Source: Phallusia mammillata (Eukaryota). Taken from it: 64,000 nucleotides of DNA. Shown here one piece after another: positions 11,171-28,333 of this stretch. Location of the stretch: the NCBI GenBank assembly GCA_965637545.1, contig OZ281500.1, positions 17,174,001-17,238,000 on the forward strand, written 5' to 3'. The translations under genes and the position numbers were made by a program. Within the stretch, counting starts at the first letter, position 1. Each line of letters begins with the position of its first letter. The notes below the pieces were generated by a model. It saw nothing but the letters and a program-made list of their open reading frames with translations, did no database searches and was not told the origin of the DNA.

Positions 11171-13298
11171 AGCTGAAGAATATGACTTTTGTGATAGAAC
11201 CGGCTTACAAAAGAAATGGTGTTCGCAATCTTGGTAGCACCAACATCTGTTCGTTTTGTAAATTTAGTTGGGCAGTGCGCAGTTTAGTTATACAATACAT
11301 CGGCGTTTGGAAACGATATAACTGCATTAAAAAATGCAAAGATGAATTGTGGAGTAAAATAGAAATGATAAGAATTTCACATCACTTCTCTTAAACCATG
11401 TTGGAGTGGTCATGGGGTGTTTAGTTACACAACAAGCCATAAAGCAACGCAAGATTAACAAGACTTGTATCAGCCTTCCCATCATGAATAAAAATCATAC
11501 GTGTACAAAAAGGTGATAAAAATAATTTCACTATAACCGCAAGTCATCCATGATCGTCTGCTGTCTTCAAACAGCAGGCCACAGATGATGAGTTGATTAA
11601 AGCCAAACCACAACTTTTCTGATTAGATCTTATCTGTAGCAAGCTGATGACTGCTTTTCAACTGATGTTTATTGTTGTGGATTGTTTTATTGTAAATTTT
11701 GGCTTTGACAAATTCTTAGTGCGTTGGTAATGTAATCACACATTATATTCCAGCTTCAGAATTCGCATATTTATTGTGGTTTTCTGTGACTTGCTGCATT
11801 TGATTCTTAGGTTAAAACATTTCTTGACCAATTACAACTGTCAGAAAGAGTTAAGCTTTTACAGCAAAAAGGCTGACAGATGTAAAGCCTAATAAAAAAG
11901 CAAAAGTGTTTATTTATACATGTAGGCACATTTTTCTTTCCTAAAAAATACAAGAGCCAATTTACCTGAAATTTAGGTGTTTCTGACCATGTCTTCAAGA
12001 TTGCTTTTCTTATTTTGTCCTTACCACATTTAGCCAATTTTATTTAATCATCAGTTCTAGAAGCATATTTATGTCCTGTTTGGTTTGTGACTCATTCATC
12101 CACAAATTCTGGATAATAAGCAAGTTATGAATTTATAACTGACAAAAGAAACTCTTACCTTCATGCGTTGTTGACCAGGATTAAAGTAGAAATTCCCCAA
12201 CTTCAGGTTCAGTGTATTATCATGATTACACACAGAAATGTATTGCTGTCCATCAATCACCCATATTTAATCTGTGGTCAATCAACCAGTATTCCATGTG
12301 GTTTTAAAAAGGTTCTGCACAATGCACACAATGTACTTTTGGACAGTAATTGATAATAATTGATGCGTTAGTTTTGGTCATCAGATTCATAAAATGCTAA
12401 TGTATAAGGCAAGGATAGTAGAATATTTCCACTCTAAAATAGTGACATTTTGATGCTTGGATGATGCATCGCTTCAGTAGGTATACCAATCATGTTGCGT
12501 ATCTCATATTTCCATTTGTAACAAAACATCAAGAAGTTAGTAGTTACTCAAAGTTGCTTTTAGCTTACAATGAAGGTACCATTTTAATGAAAACAATTTT
12601 TATGAAACAATGCGTTAAACCTACGCTGCTTAAATTTTACTTTTTTACGTTCAGTCGGCGCATAATTTTTTTTTCTGTAGTCAGAGAATAGAATTATCAG
12701 AGACTCAAAAGTTGATTAGCGCGCCAAATTCATAGATATCGTGGCATAACTTATTTTAAACTGGTAGTTCACACTTCATGCGTTTCTTTCTTAAAAGCTA
12801 AAATATCCTGTTTTTACTATATTCTCCAACAAACAAAACAACCTAAATTTGTTTGTGTACATTTTAAGGTTTCTGTGACACCAGCACTGGTTAAAATGTC
12901 AAAAAATTTTTGCAAACTCATGCAGACGTAGTTTTCGGCTAAATGTAGTTGTTGCATATAAACCAGTAACATAATAATTACAACAACCACATTTAACAAA
13001 TAAGTTCATCGAAACACCGATTGATGCAATAACCAAAAATATTTAAAGTGTATCGGATGTTTACTAAAATAATGGTCATGTCATGCAGTGGACATTTACA
13101 TGCTGACAACAGTTAACTGAACCGGGTAGCTCGTTGACGAAGTACCAAGCAATAAGTCCCCCCAAAAACGAAATACTGCCTGAAGATACAGTGACAAAAA
13201 ATTGTTTATTTATGGGATTATAAAAACAACTATTTTTATTACGATATTGCACGTAAAAAGAAAATCAACTTAAACTTAAAGTGAAATGCAATAGTATG

Positions 13299-13382
13299 TT
13301 AGGCTTTTGAAAATCCGGCCAGAATCGCTCCAGTGATTGTAAAAGTGTATGCAAATCCCATGATTAGAAAGTTTCTTAATCC
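13299..13382 (-). CDS. TMEM144: Second, sequence-identical copy of the TMEM144 terminal coding exon
   Basis: Acceptor TTTTGCAG then GLRNFLIMGFAYTFTITGAILAGFSKA*, identical to 14720-14803. Confidence 0.7.
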   Translation of the reverse strand, partial: GLRNFLIMGFAYTFTITGAILAGFSKA

Positions 13383-14719
13383 CTGCAAAATACACAAAAT
13401 AAAACAATTTATTTGCAGCTAATATGGAAGAAATGCCTATAAATGTACAAATACAAATTTGCATTTCACAACAAGCATTAATTTTTTAAGCAATAAGAAT
13501 TATTTTAATCTAAAAATGCTTTACGTATTGGATAACTTAAGCCCAAAGTGTTGTGATTTGTAAAAACATGGCAGTGCCCTTTGGAAAATGCGTAAGTTTG
13601 CTGATTAGGTGTAAAACCACATGGAGAAACCATAGGTCCCAAACAACAAACGAAAGTTTAATTAACACAAACAGTCGCAAGTACTTTGTGGTCGGTTATA
13701 ATGCACTCTCTGCGTCGAAGAAGCAATCTTATCTAAAGTCTTCATCACTCAAGTTGAACCCAAACTGGAGAAACAATTACGATGCATATTCTTTTGGTTT
13801 GTGGCAAGTTAATCCAACTAAGAGAGTTATATTGAAATGTCTGTTGTGGCAATGTTCCTGTTGTTTACACACTCGACAATTTAATTTCTGTGCTTTTATT
13901 CTATGCCACATTTTTTTTTAAAAGAGCTGCTGTGCCTCCCCAAGCAGAATACAATTTTGGTCATCAGATTCATAAAATGCTAATGTATAAGGCAAGGATA
14001 TTAGAATATTTCCACTCTAAAATAGTGACATTTTGATGCTTGGATGATGCATCGCTTCAGTAGGTATACCAATCATGTTGCGTATCTCATATTTCCGTTT
14101 GTAACAAAACAGCAAGAAGTTAGTAGTTACTCAAAGTTGCTTTTAGCTTACAATGAAGGTACCATTTTAATGAAAACAATGCGTTAAACCTACGCTGATT
14201 AAATTTTACTTTTTTACATTCAGTCGGCGCATACATTTTTTTTCTGTAGTCAGAGAATTGATTAGCGCGCCAAATTCATAGATATCGTGACATAACTTAT
14301 TTTAAACTGGGAGTTCACACTTCATGCGTTTGTTTCTTAAAAGCTAAAATATCCTGTTTTTACTATATTCTCCAACAAACAAAACAACCTAAATTTGTAA
14401 GTTCATCGTGTAACAACCAAATAAGTTCATCGAAACACCGATTGATGCAATAACCAAAAATATTTAAAGTGTATCGGATGTTTACTAAAATAATGGTCAT
14501 GTCATGCAGTGGACATTTGCATGCTGACAACAGTTAACTGAACCGGGTAGCTCGTTGACGAAGTACCAAGCAATATGTCCCCCAAAAAACGAAATACTGC
14601 CTGAAGATACAGTGACAAAAAATTGTTTATTTATGGGATTATAAAAACAACTATTTTTATTACGATATTGCACGTAAAAAGAAAATCAACTTAAACTTAA
14701 AGTGAAATGCAATAGTATG

Positions 14720-19998
<5,279 letters not shown>

Positions 19999-22900
19999 AT
20001 TGCTCTTCTATTATCGCTTGTTCAAATCGATCTGTCGTTTAAGCAGAAAACAAAACTGCAAAGCACAAACAAATGCAAAGTAATAGCACTGCTACTTCTG
20101 TGCTGTGTTGTGTGTTTTCTTGAAATGCAGCCATGCGTAAAGCAAAACTTTTACGAAACCATTGCAGGCACCACACGTACGACGTCACCATTGCGTCAAA
20201 AACAACAAAAAACAGGACACAATAAACAAACATAGTTTTTTTTTTATTATTTAAAATACTACAAGAGTAAATACATACCCTATCATTTTTATCACTTATG
20301 CAGCTTATTCGGTCATTCGGTCGGTTTTTTGTGCCTATCTATAAGGTGGACATTGCTTTGAAACAATTACATTTACACATTGCGACAAGTCCGTGCGTCA
20401 ATTAACCACTGGGGGAACAATAATGTGCATACTCCGCGCATTTTGTATTGATTTGTTTTCTGTAAACCCCGCAGCTACCACAAATTTGCCGGGTGAGTGA
20501 AACTGTTGAAACCTTTCCGATTTCGTCTGCGGAATTAGGGCATTGGCCCCAGTGATTCCTTCGTCAAACAAAAATTGCGTGATTCGGAGCGTATTTGTTT
20601 GTTAAAGTTATTCGAGTGGAAATCGTTCGGCTGCAGAATTAGTCTGTTTTGTTTCAGTAGGGCATATTTGTGGGTTTGGAAGAAGCAGAAATTACAAGAC
20701 CATTGGAAACTCACAAATCGCATAGTTTTATGGCTTAGTTGGTTCAACTGCCCTAAAGGTCGACAATTAGGCCTACAGGTATACATGATATACAACATAT
20801 AATTTTTGTTTCATTTCTTTAAAAATGTTTGCCTAGCGTATTTTATTGCTTTTCTAAATGGTTTGCAGGAAAAACACAAATGTCAAATTTTCACAGAAAC
20901 CTGCTTAAGAGGGTAAAGTAAAAATCGGGCACGGTACTTTATTTGGTGCCAAGAATCATCTTGTGAAAACACACAAACAGAAAATGTGTTCTGGTTTACA
21001 GATATGTCACCTATCTTTGCCACGTTTTTTCTTTGCAAGTGACGCCTACCCATTTCTCCTAGCATACATCGCGTTCCGTTTTCATTGCGGAGAAACCACC
21101 GCACGTTTCCAGCACAATGAGAAAAGCGTTGATCGCCTGATAAATGCATCGAAAAGGACACTATCAGTCCACCGAGAAGAACTGAATTTCATGGCGACCT
21201 AACAGGACTGTGAAAAATTCCGAACCCAAGGTGTCACTCGGCAGAATTGACCTTTGTGCCACAACAGCAGACCTGATCTACTCACAGGCCACTAAAAGAT
21301 GTTTAGAAGCCTAAGGAGCTTATGCTTCAGGGTCACTGACCTTAAGGACTCGGCACGTAAAGACGTTTGGCTGGCAGAAGCGTTATGGTATGCAAATTTA
21401 AATTAAACCAAAAAATACTTTGTTCTCATTTCCAAAAAATAGCTTAGAAATATACTAAACTAATATTGTTTAACATTTAAGAGATTGCTCTTTTCTAAAA
21501 CGGGCATATGTTTTACACTTTAGTGGGAAGTTTTCCACATAATAATGTATTTGTAAACAAACGACTTCGCAGCAAATGTTTAAATGAGTAGAATTTACAC
21601 TTGTTGAAGCGTTTCGTTGTCTTTACCGAAAGCCGACGTCGCTGAGAGCGGTTGTGTTGAGTGAAAACTTCATCTATGAGGTTATTGCAACCTTGACCTT
21701 ATCACAATGTTTGCACTAACGTCGCCCTGCGTTGTACGAACTCTAAGCTGCCAGGTCACACATGTGTTTTGATTTGTCGCCGAATTTGTAATGTTGTTTG
21801 CCGTAAAACACAGAAGACTCCTGTTACTGGTAATACCAAATTTGTGTTAATAGTTTATTTACGGTAGCGAATACTGGAATAGTTTTGTTCCGTGAACTTT
21901 TTAGTTGCGGTGATAGAAATATGTAACATGCAAATCGGGTTATTAAGTGGCATTCCTTTGGGCAAAAGCAACTATTCTATGAAAATGGCCGCTATTGTCT
22001 TTTTCCCGACGCACGAATCAGGCTAAGCAATCCAAAATGTCACATTCTTATGTAAATCTAGTGATAGACCCCATTAATATATCAATATACCTAGAATACA
22101 CGCGTTTATAGGAAGGAATGCTGTAAAAAAAACGCGATTGGTGAAAGCCTACTTTATTGCAATATGTACACTTGTCTTGTGGAAACTGCGGTGCGCCTTA
22201 GTCATACAATAAACTTATAACGGTGGGTGGTCAAAAAGCATACGTGTATTGCACATTATGTATACCACATAACTATAACCTACATTTTCAAATATTTACA
22301 ATATAAGAATGTTTAAGACACTTACTATTTACGCATACTGAGTGATTTTTACTTAGTTTGTCGCACCCCCAGGCAAGCAAAATCATTTGCATTTCGTACT
22401 GTTGTCATTTGCTTCGTTTTACACGGTTTGGCAGCATTAGCTGTTAAGTGCGGTTGGTGTTCTAGCGTATCGTGGTTCAAGACAATTTGGGCGGTTTGTA
22501 TAGTCGCCAATCCATCGTTTTTGTCGATCTCACTTCTCGGAAAATTTGGATGCAACCCGTGGGAAGCAGGGACCGAGCGACAAGTCCAAAATGCTTTTTC
22601 CCAACTGTAAACAAGAGATGGTGCACCAAATATGGTGACACGCTGGTGCACTGAAAATCGCTTAGAATGGTAATTGCGAGGGCTACAGAGGAATGTTGTT
22701 TTTGACGCCAGTTTAATTCCAACCGAATTCTGCTTTTTTGGACCTTGTTGGGTAAAACATCTGATATGCCAAACATGACATATGAAACGATAATTTCCAG
22801 TGCTACGAACGAATTCTGTTGGCAACGCTGGTATAATCCTAATCAACAAGATTTACTACCTTGGCCTGAGAGACTCTAGTTTGACTCAAGTTTGAAAACA

Positions 22901-24616
22901 GTTTTTGTGATTATTACTAATTGCTATGGCTATGCATGTGCTTTTTGTACTTTTATGGACAAAACACAACACATTTATTAAAAAAATTGCCTAAATTACA
23001 AAACATGGAATTGCATAAACACAGCGCCTCATATTGCACAATTCTGCAAAACTAAACCATAACTTAATACGTATACGGAGAATACACAATATTTGAAACA
23101 GAATTATCTGTATTAAGTGACAACACATGACAAAATGATGGATGGTCGTATATCACATTGGCAACCGTATGGTAAACGTCTTAAATAATGGATTGTGTTG
23201 CGCCTCTGCATTTAGCAAGCTGGGTCTGCTGGAAGCGAAAAATCGAGCTTTCGAGAAAGTAGGTATAGGCATATTCTTTTTCCTTAGGCACCAATTTTGC
23301 AAGCGCGGGTTTTTATAGTAATATGGATATTTTTAATTAATGTAAACTTTCAAAAGTTTACTGCGTGTCCATTAATTTACAGAATTCATGTGCACAAAAC
23401 AGGGCATTGTGAGTTTTTTGGGGTTCGGTACTATAGGTATGTAACTACAAAATTATGAACTGTACCTTTTGTAGTTCGTAAATAGCGTTTCTCCTTGCGG
23501 TCTTTGTTTCTGAACAAGTTACAATTGTGTGGTTCAATGAAGGATAAATGCAATAAATTATTTACATGAAACATGCTCTTACTTGAACTTGCTGTCATAA
23601 GGGACTAGAATGTATTGAAATTTTGGGCCGCCAAATGTAAGTTTATACAAGTCCTCAGTTTATTCACTGTATATTTGCCGCACAATTCTTTTGCAAGTTT
23701 TCGCATGCACCAGCATAATCTCTAACGCAATCACTTTATCTTACCGCCAAAAAAACAATAAACATGTAGCAAAGCTGTCGCGTTTAGTTTGGATAAATTT
23801 TCTGTTTTAGTGATGTTTTTACCTTTTAACTCGGTAAATATTTAATCCTTCTTGTTCATGTTTACGAAATAGCATCTCTAGGTTTACTGCGCGGTCTTCG
23901 CCGTCATTTAGTACCTTTAATCGCGGTCGCAATCGCAATATTAGGCAACAAACTCGTACTGGTTTGAACCCAGCAAAGAATTCCTTCCATGCAGAGCGCA
24001 GCCGAAATCCAAAGCGTCAACACGGCTTCGCTTTGTAAAACAATGCTGCAGCAGCGCTCGACTAGAGGTGCCTTTAGTTTGTTTTTGTCGCTGCGTTGAG
24101 CTCAAATTGGAAAAACACAAGCGGCAAGGTAGCGACGAGGTCACCACACCGCTACCTCCAGGCTAATTGTCACGGGTTTTTCGCCTCTAACTTGCCGTAG
24201 GGGCCGTTTCCGAGAAGTCGTGACGTATTTTGGGTCACGTTTTTGAAGTCATATCCGGGGAATGGACAAACTTTGCCCCGTGGTGATTTTTAGACCTGCT
24301 TGTGAGAGCACTAAATTCATTCAAGATGATCATCCTTTTCAACGTAGTTTTCAAATATTAATTATTTATAGTTTTGATTGTCGAACGATCCCCTGAATTT
24401 AAACTTTGTGAATGATAAATGCACCGACGTCCGGAGTTTAAAAACTCGGTAAGCGAAGCTGCAATTACTTTGTTAATTCCAAAAAATTTAAGGTTTAAAT
24501 CGATTTTTTTCTATCTTTGCTATTCGACTTTTTTTGTTTTTGTTGAAGCAAGGGTGCTATGCTAGGTCACTGGTTTAGATGTCTGTTATTTGTAAACTTC
24601 GGCATGCCTGTAAGTC

Positions 24617-24792
24617 CAGTGTTTTTTTTTAAGGTGTTTTGGGGGACCGAAACGGTCCCACAAATTTCTCCAGCGGTTTCCCAAAATTTGGACTTGCAAC
24701 TACAACTACAGTTTTTGGTATTTCAATGAAACACTTGCGGTCTTTTAACACTACTTAGCGGTCACCCAAACCAAACCTTAAAAAAAACCCTG
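24617..24792 (-). mobile_element. MITE of the same family as 8181-8335
   Basis: TIRs CAGTGTTTTTTTTTAAGG and CCTTAAAAAAAAACCCTG. The body is the reverse complement of the 8181 element (GGTTTGGTTTGGGTGACCGCTAAGTAG...GACCGCAAGTGTTTCATT). GCCTGTAA is repeated on both flanks, with 3 extra bases on the left. Confidence 0.8.
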
Positions 24793-26995
24793 GCCTGTAA
24801 CTCTATAAGACAAGACGACGCATAATAATTCAATTTCTGTGTTCTTGAACAAAAATAAAAACTGAAAACAATAAGTAAAAAAACATGAAAACAAAAAAGA
24901 TAAAAGGGACAAAGATCGGAGAGGCGGAGAAGAACGATAGTTCCGCCCCCAAGCGTCTAAAATCAACACCACTTTATAAGGCGATGTGAAAATTTGCATG
25001 AAAAACGGTGCAACTACGGTCACAACATCAGCAGTACGATACAGTATCGAATCGCGCAAGCAAGGGGGATACGATCTTGCTGAGTGAGTGCGCACGCGCC
25101 AGCAAACAACGTGTAGCAAGGGAAGAATGCGCTGTTGGATCGCTTATCTTGCCGATTATCGTATCTCGCAAAATCATCAAATTCCCGCGTTGGCGCGTCG
25201 GCGTCGCGTAAAATGCCTGTCGCGTCATTCGTCAAATGCGAATCCACCCTTGGGGCCGGGGCAACGGATTAATTGAGTCACCGATTGAGTTGACTGGGGC
25301 TAGCGGGGGCGGGGTGGGTGATCCACTGAGGCGAACCCGTCACTTTCCGGCGCTGTTTCGATGAGAATCACGTCCCGATGACAGCATGACGTGGACAGTT
25401 GGACCACCTCGTCTGAGGCACGATATTGTATTCCAAGAAGGAGAGGCTCCCACGCCTGTGCATCTGTCTGTTAAGCCGATTACGAAACGCAACCGCAAAC
25501 GGCTTATTTCTTCAGCCGCAACAAAAGAGTGCTGTGATTTTATAGCTGTACGAGCGAGGGCGATGACTTTTAACCGACAAACCTAGATTGCAGCACTCAT
25601 TTTGCATGCAATGTCTGGGAACAACAAAGGAAAATCACTTGCTTTAACTTGAATTTTTTTCATTATTTAACGGAATCTGCATTTACAAGTCTATTTAATG
25701 GCATAACACTCAATTATATAGTAAAGAACTACGTACCCAAGCTGCACACGTTTCAAAAGCCTGTTTTTATCAAGAAATCTGTTGCAATTCGCTGAAATTC
25801 TAATTTTCCAAAATGTTTTTGCAGATCGTGGACTACAGGCATTGATTTAAACATCCTGTGGTTCACGTTAAATTTAGAATTCTGTCGCTAAGGCTCTTAA
25901 GCCTTGTTTTTGCTGATGAGTATTTTGGGCTTTGCTGTGCCGGTCGCCTTGTGTACGCAGCGCCGTGCTTAAGTCCCCGCAATTACGCAAGCGGCATTAC
26001 CCCCAACAAGCTAGGCCTGGTTGCCCGAAGGTCTATTTTCGTAGGCTTGTTTTCGTTGGAGCGGCGACTGACTCGGGGTCGTGATTTCCTGGCTGTGATG
26101 CGACGCGTGTTTTTCAAACGTGACACTTTCGCCTTGAAATGCTCACTTGGTTTGTCACGCGATTTCGCAGTGACACAAACCCCAGATCCCGTGCGCTTTG
26201 TCGAAACAACATCAAAGTGCTTGAATCCGCCAGGAACCACGCGGCGTCCATTTACTGTTGTACGTAGTTGAAGGGTGTGCGTCGTGTATTCAGAGTACTC
26301 AGGAAAGGGTGTTTGCCACTGGAGTAGAAGTCTAGGGGATTTTGTGCGTTGAAATATTTAAGGCTTGACATGTTAATTGCTTGGATTGCAGTTGATGACC
26401 AATTTGGGAATTAGACATCAAAAAGTTTGTCCATTTGGCTGGCAGACAAAACAAGCAAATCGGCAACATTGCACCTTGCCCATTAAAGACGCGCTTTTAT
26501 CACTCAGTTAGAAATAATAGATAAGAATTTGAAAATACATTTGAATTTATGAAGGTTGAATTTTGCGAAAATGGGAAAATACCAACTTTTCAATTCCTTC
26601 AAATTACCATAACTTTACTGTTGTTTGCAGACATTTGGAAGTAAATCCTTACGGAGCGCTTAAAACCGGGTTCTTATAGCTCCGTCACTCGCAAACAATT
26701 GCGTTTGCTTTACTTGTTTTGAAAACACGAAAGTTGAAATGCTTGTAGCGAAATTTCCGTCCCATTCACAACACGATCCGTTTCTGGGTTGAATCGGCGC
26801 CGCGCTACGGGCACATCACGATGGAGCCTGTGTCAAGTCGACGCTCAGACTCAACACAAACAGCGGGAAGGTAGGAAACTGGTCCAACAAGCACGCACAT
26901 GCAATCACGTCCCTACTTGTTTTTTTAAAAAGTTTTGCTTTTTAAACAATTTTTTCGTTACCGGTTCCGGAGAAAAAGCAATACTGGTACATTTT

Positions 26996-27011
26996 ATTCT
27001 ATTTGAATAAG
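26996..27011 (+). other. Exact match to the Ciona-type spliced-leader exon, not followed by a GT donor
   Basis: The sequence reads ATTCTATTTGAATAAG, the 16-nt ascidian SL as I recall it. The next bases are GAACTAACG ATG, so this is not an intact SL RNA gene. Confidence 0.6.
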
Positions 27012-28333
27012 GAACTAACGATGGCCAGTATACCTCTTATCAGCCAATTTAAAAAACAAATAAGCCAATTATTATTTTTGCAATGGATTATGAATGATCA
27101 CGTATGGTATTATGTTACTGCATAAAAATCATCGAATTTTTTTACCAAATCGAGTGCGCATTTATTTAGTGATTAGTGATTACATTTAATAAACAGTTTC
27201 AAGCCAATTTCGTCATTTAGGCTGGGCGTACTAGTTTCAACTTGGACACACTTCATTTAGCATCACAAATGCAAATAGTGTTTGGCATGATAGTCTTGTG
27301 CTGTTTGCTGCACGTGCTACCAGCATGTGTAAGATCAGAAGCGAGAACATAAATAAATAGGCGATTCACAGATAAAACATGACGCTTGAAAATACAGGAC
27401 CGTCGCTTTTTTTCGCTCGCGCGCCTGAACTATTGCGGCGAAATGACTCGACGTGTAAAATATACAGAGAAGCAATAATGGCAAATCGAAAGTCACCTTG
27501 ACAACCACTTCGTGGCGCTGTGCAGGGGTGCCCGAACGAGGAGTGGCTCCTAAAAAGTAATCCATGGCTTTACAGTCAATGGAGTTTGTAGAACAAGGTT
27601 TTTTTGGTGTTAATCCATGTTAGCCGTATTGGTGTGCTTTAGATGTTCATCTTGTGAAACCGAGGTTTTCAATGTTCCAGTTCACGACCTTTGACCTTTC
27701 AACTTCGCGTCCGAAGCTCTTTGCTGAGATTTTGCCCGCGTGGCCGAATAAATTGACCCACTGCGGTTGCAGCGGTCAGAGAGGTACAGACGGCATCCGC
27801 AGAGCCCCTAACTGCATGAGTCCTGTTCAGTTTGATATGTTGTGAACGTTTGGGTGGCTCGAGCTGGGATTCCTGGTCGGTTTTCTGAAACCCCGATTTC
27901 TGCACTTTGGTCGATCTGAAGATAAAGTTACATAGACAAATTCATGAAAGGACGTTTTTAAGGCTCCAGTCTTTACTTGCGTTGACCCTTGTTTTTCTGA
28001 TATATTGTTTATTTTTTAAGTAAACGTTCTTATTATATTACAACACCCCTCCTATTTATTTTGTTTTCACTCTAAACTGAGGTTCCTACTCATAACTAAA
28101 TGCTACCCATAACACCAAGTCAAATCTTTTTCCAAGAACTTGAATTAACTTACTTTTTTATTCCAACATAACTTCATTGAAAAAAGGCAAAGTGACCGGT
28201 TAGTTATTTCTAAAATTTATTTCAAGTGTATGAAAATCGGGATCAATTATAAACATCTATATATAAGCTGTTACTGTCAACTTATAGAGCGAAACAATTG
28301 CCAGAAGAGCTCTATAAATTTTAAACGTCTATG

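Noticed and set aside
22349-22849. 166-aa minus-strand ORF and overlapping frames
   Set aside because: No recognisable motif, non-ATG start and no convincing exon partners.
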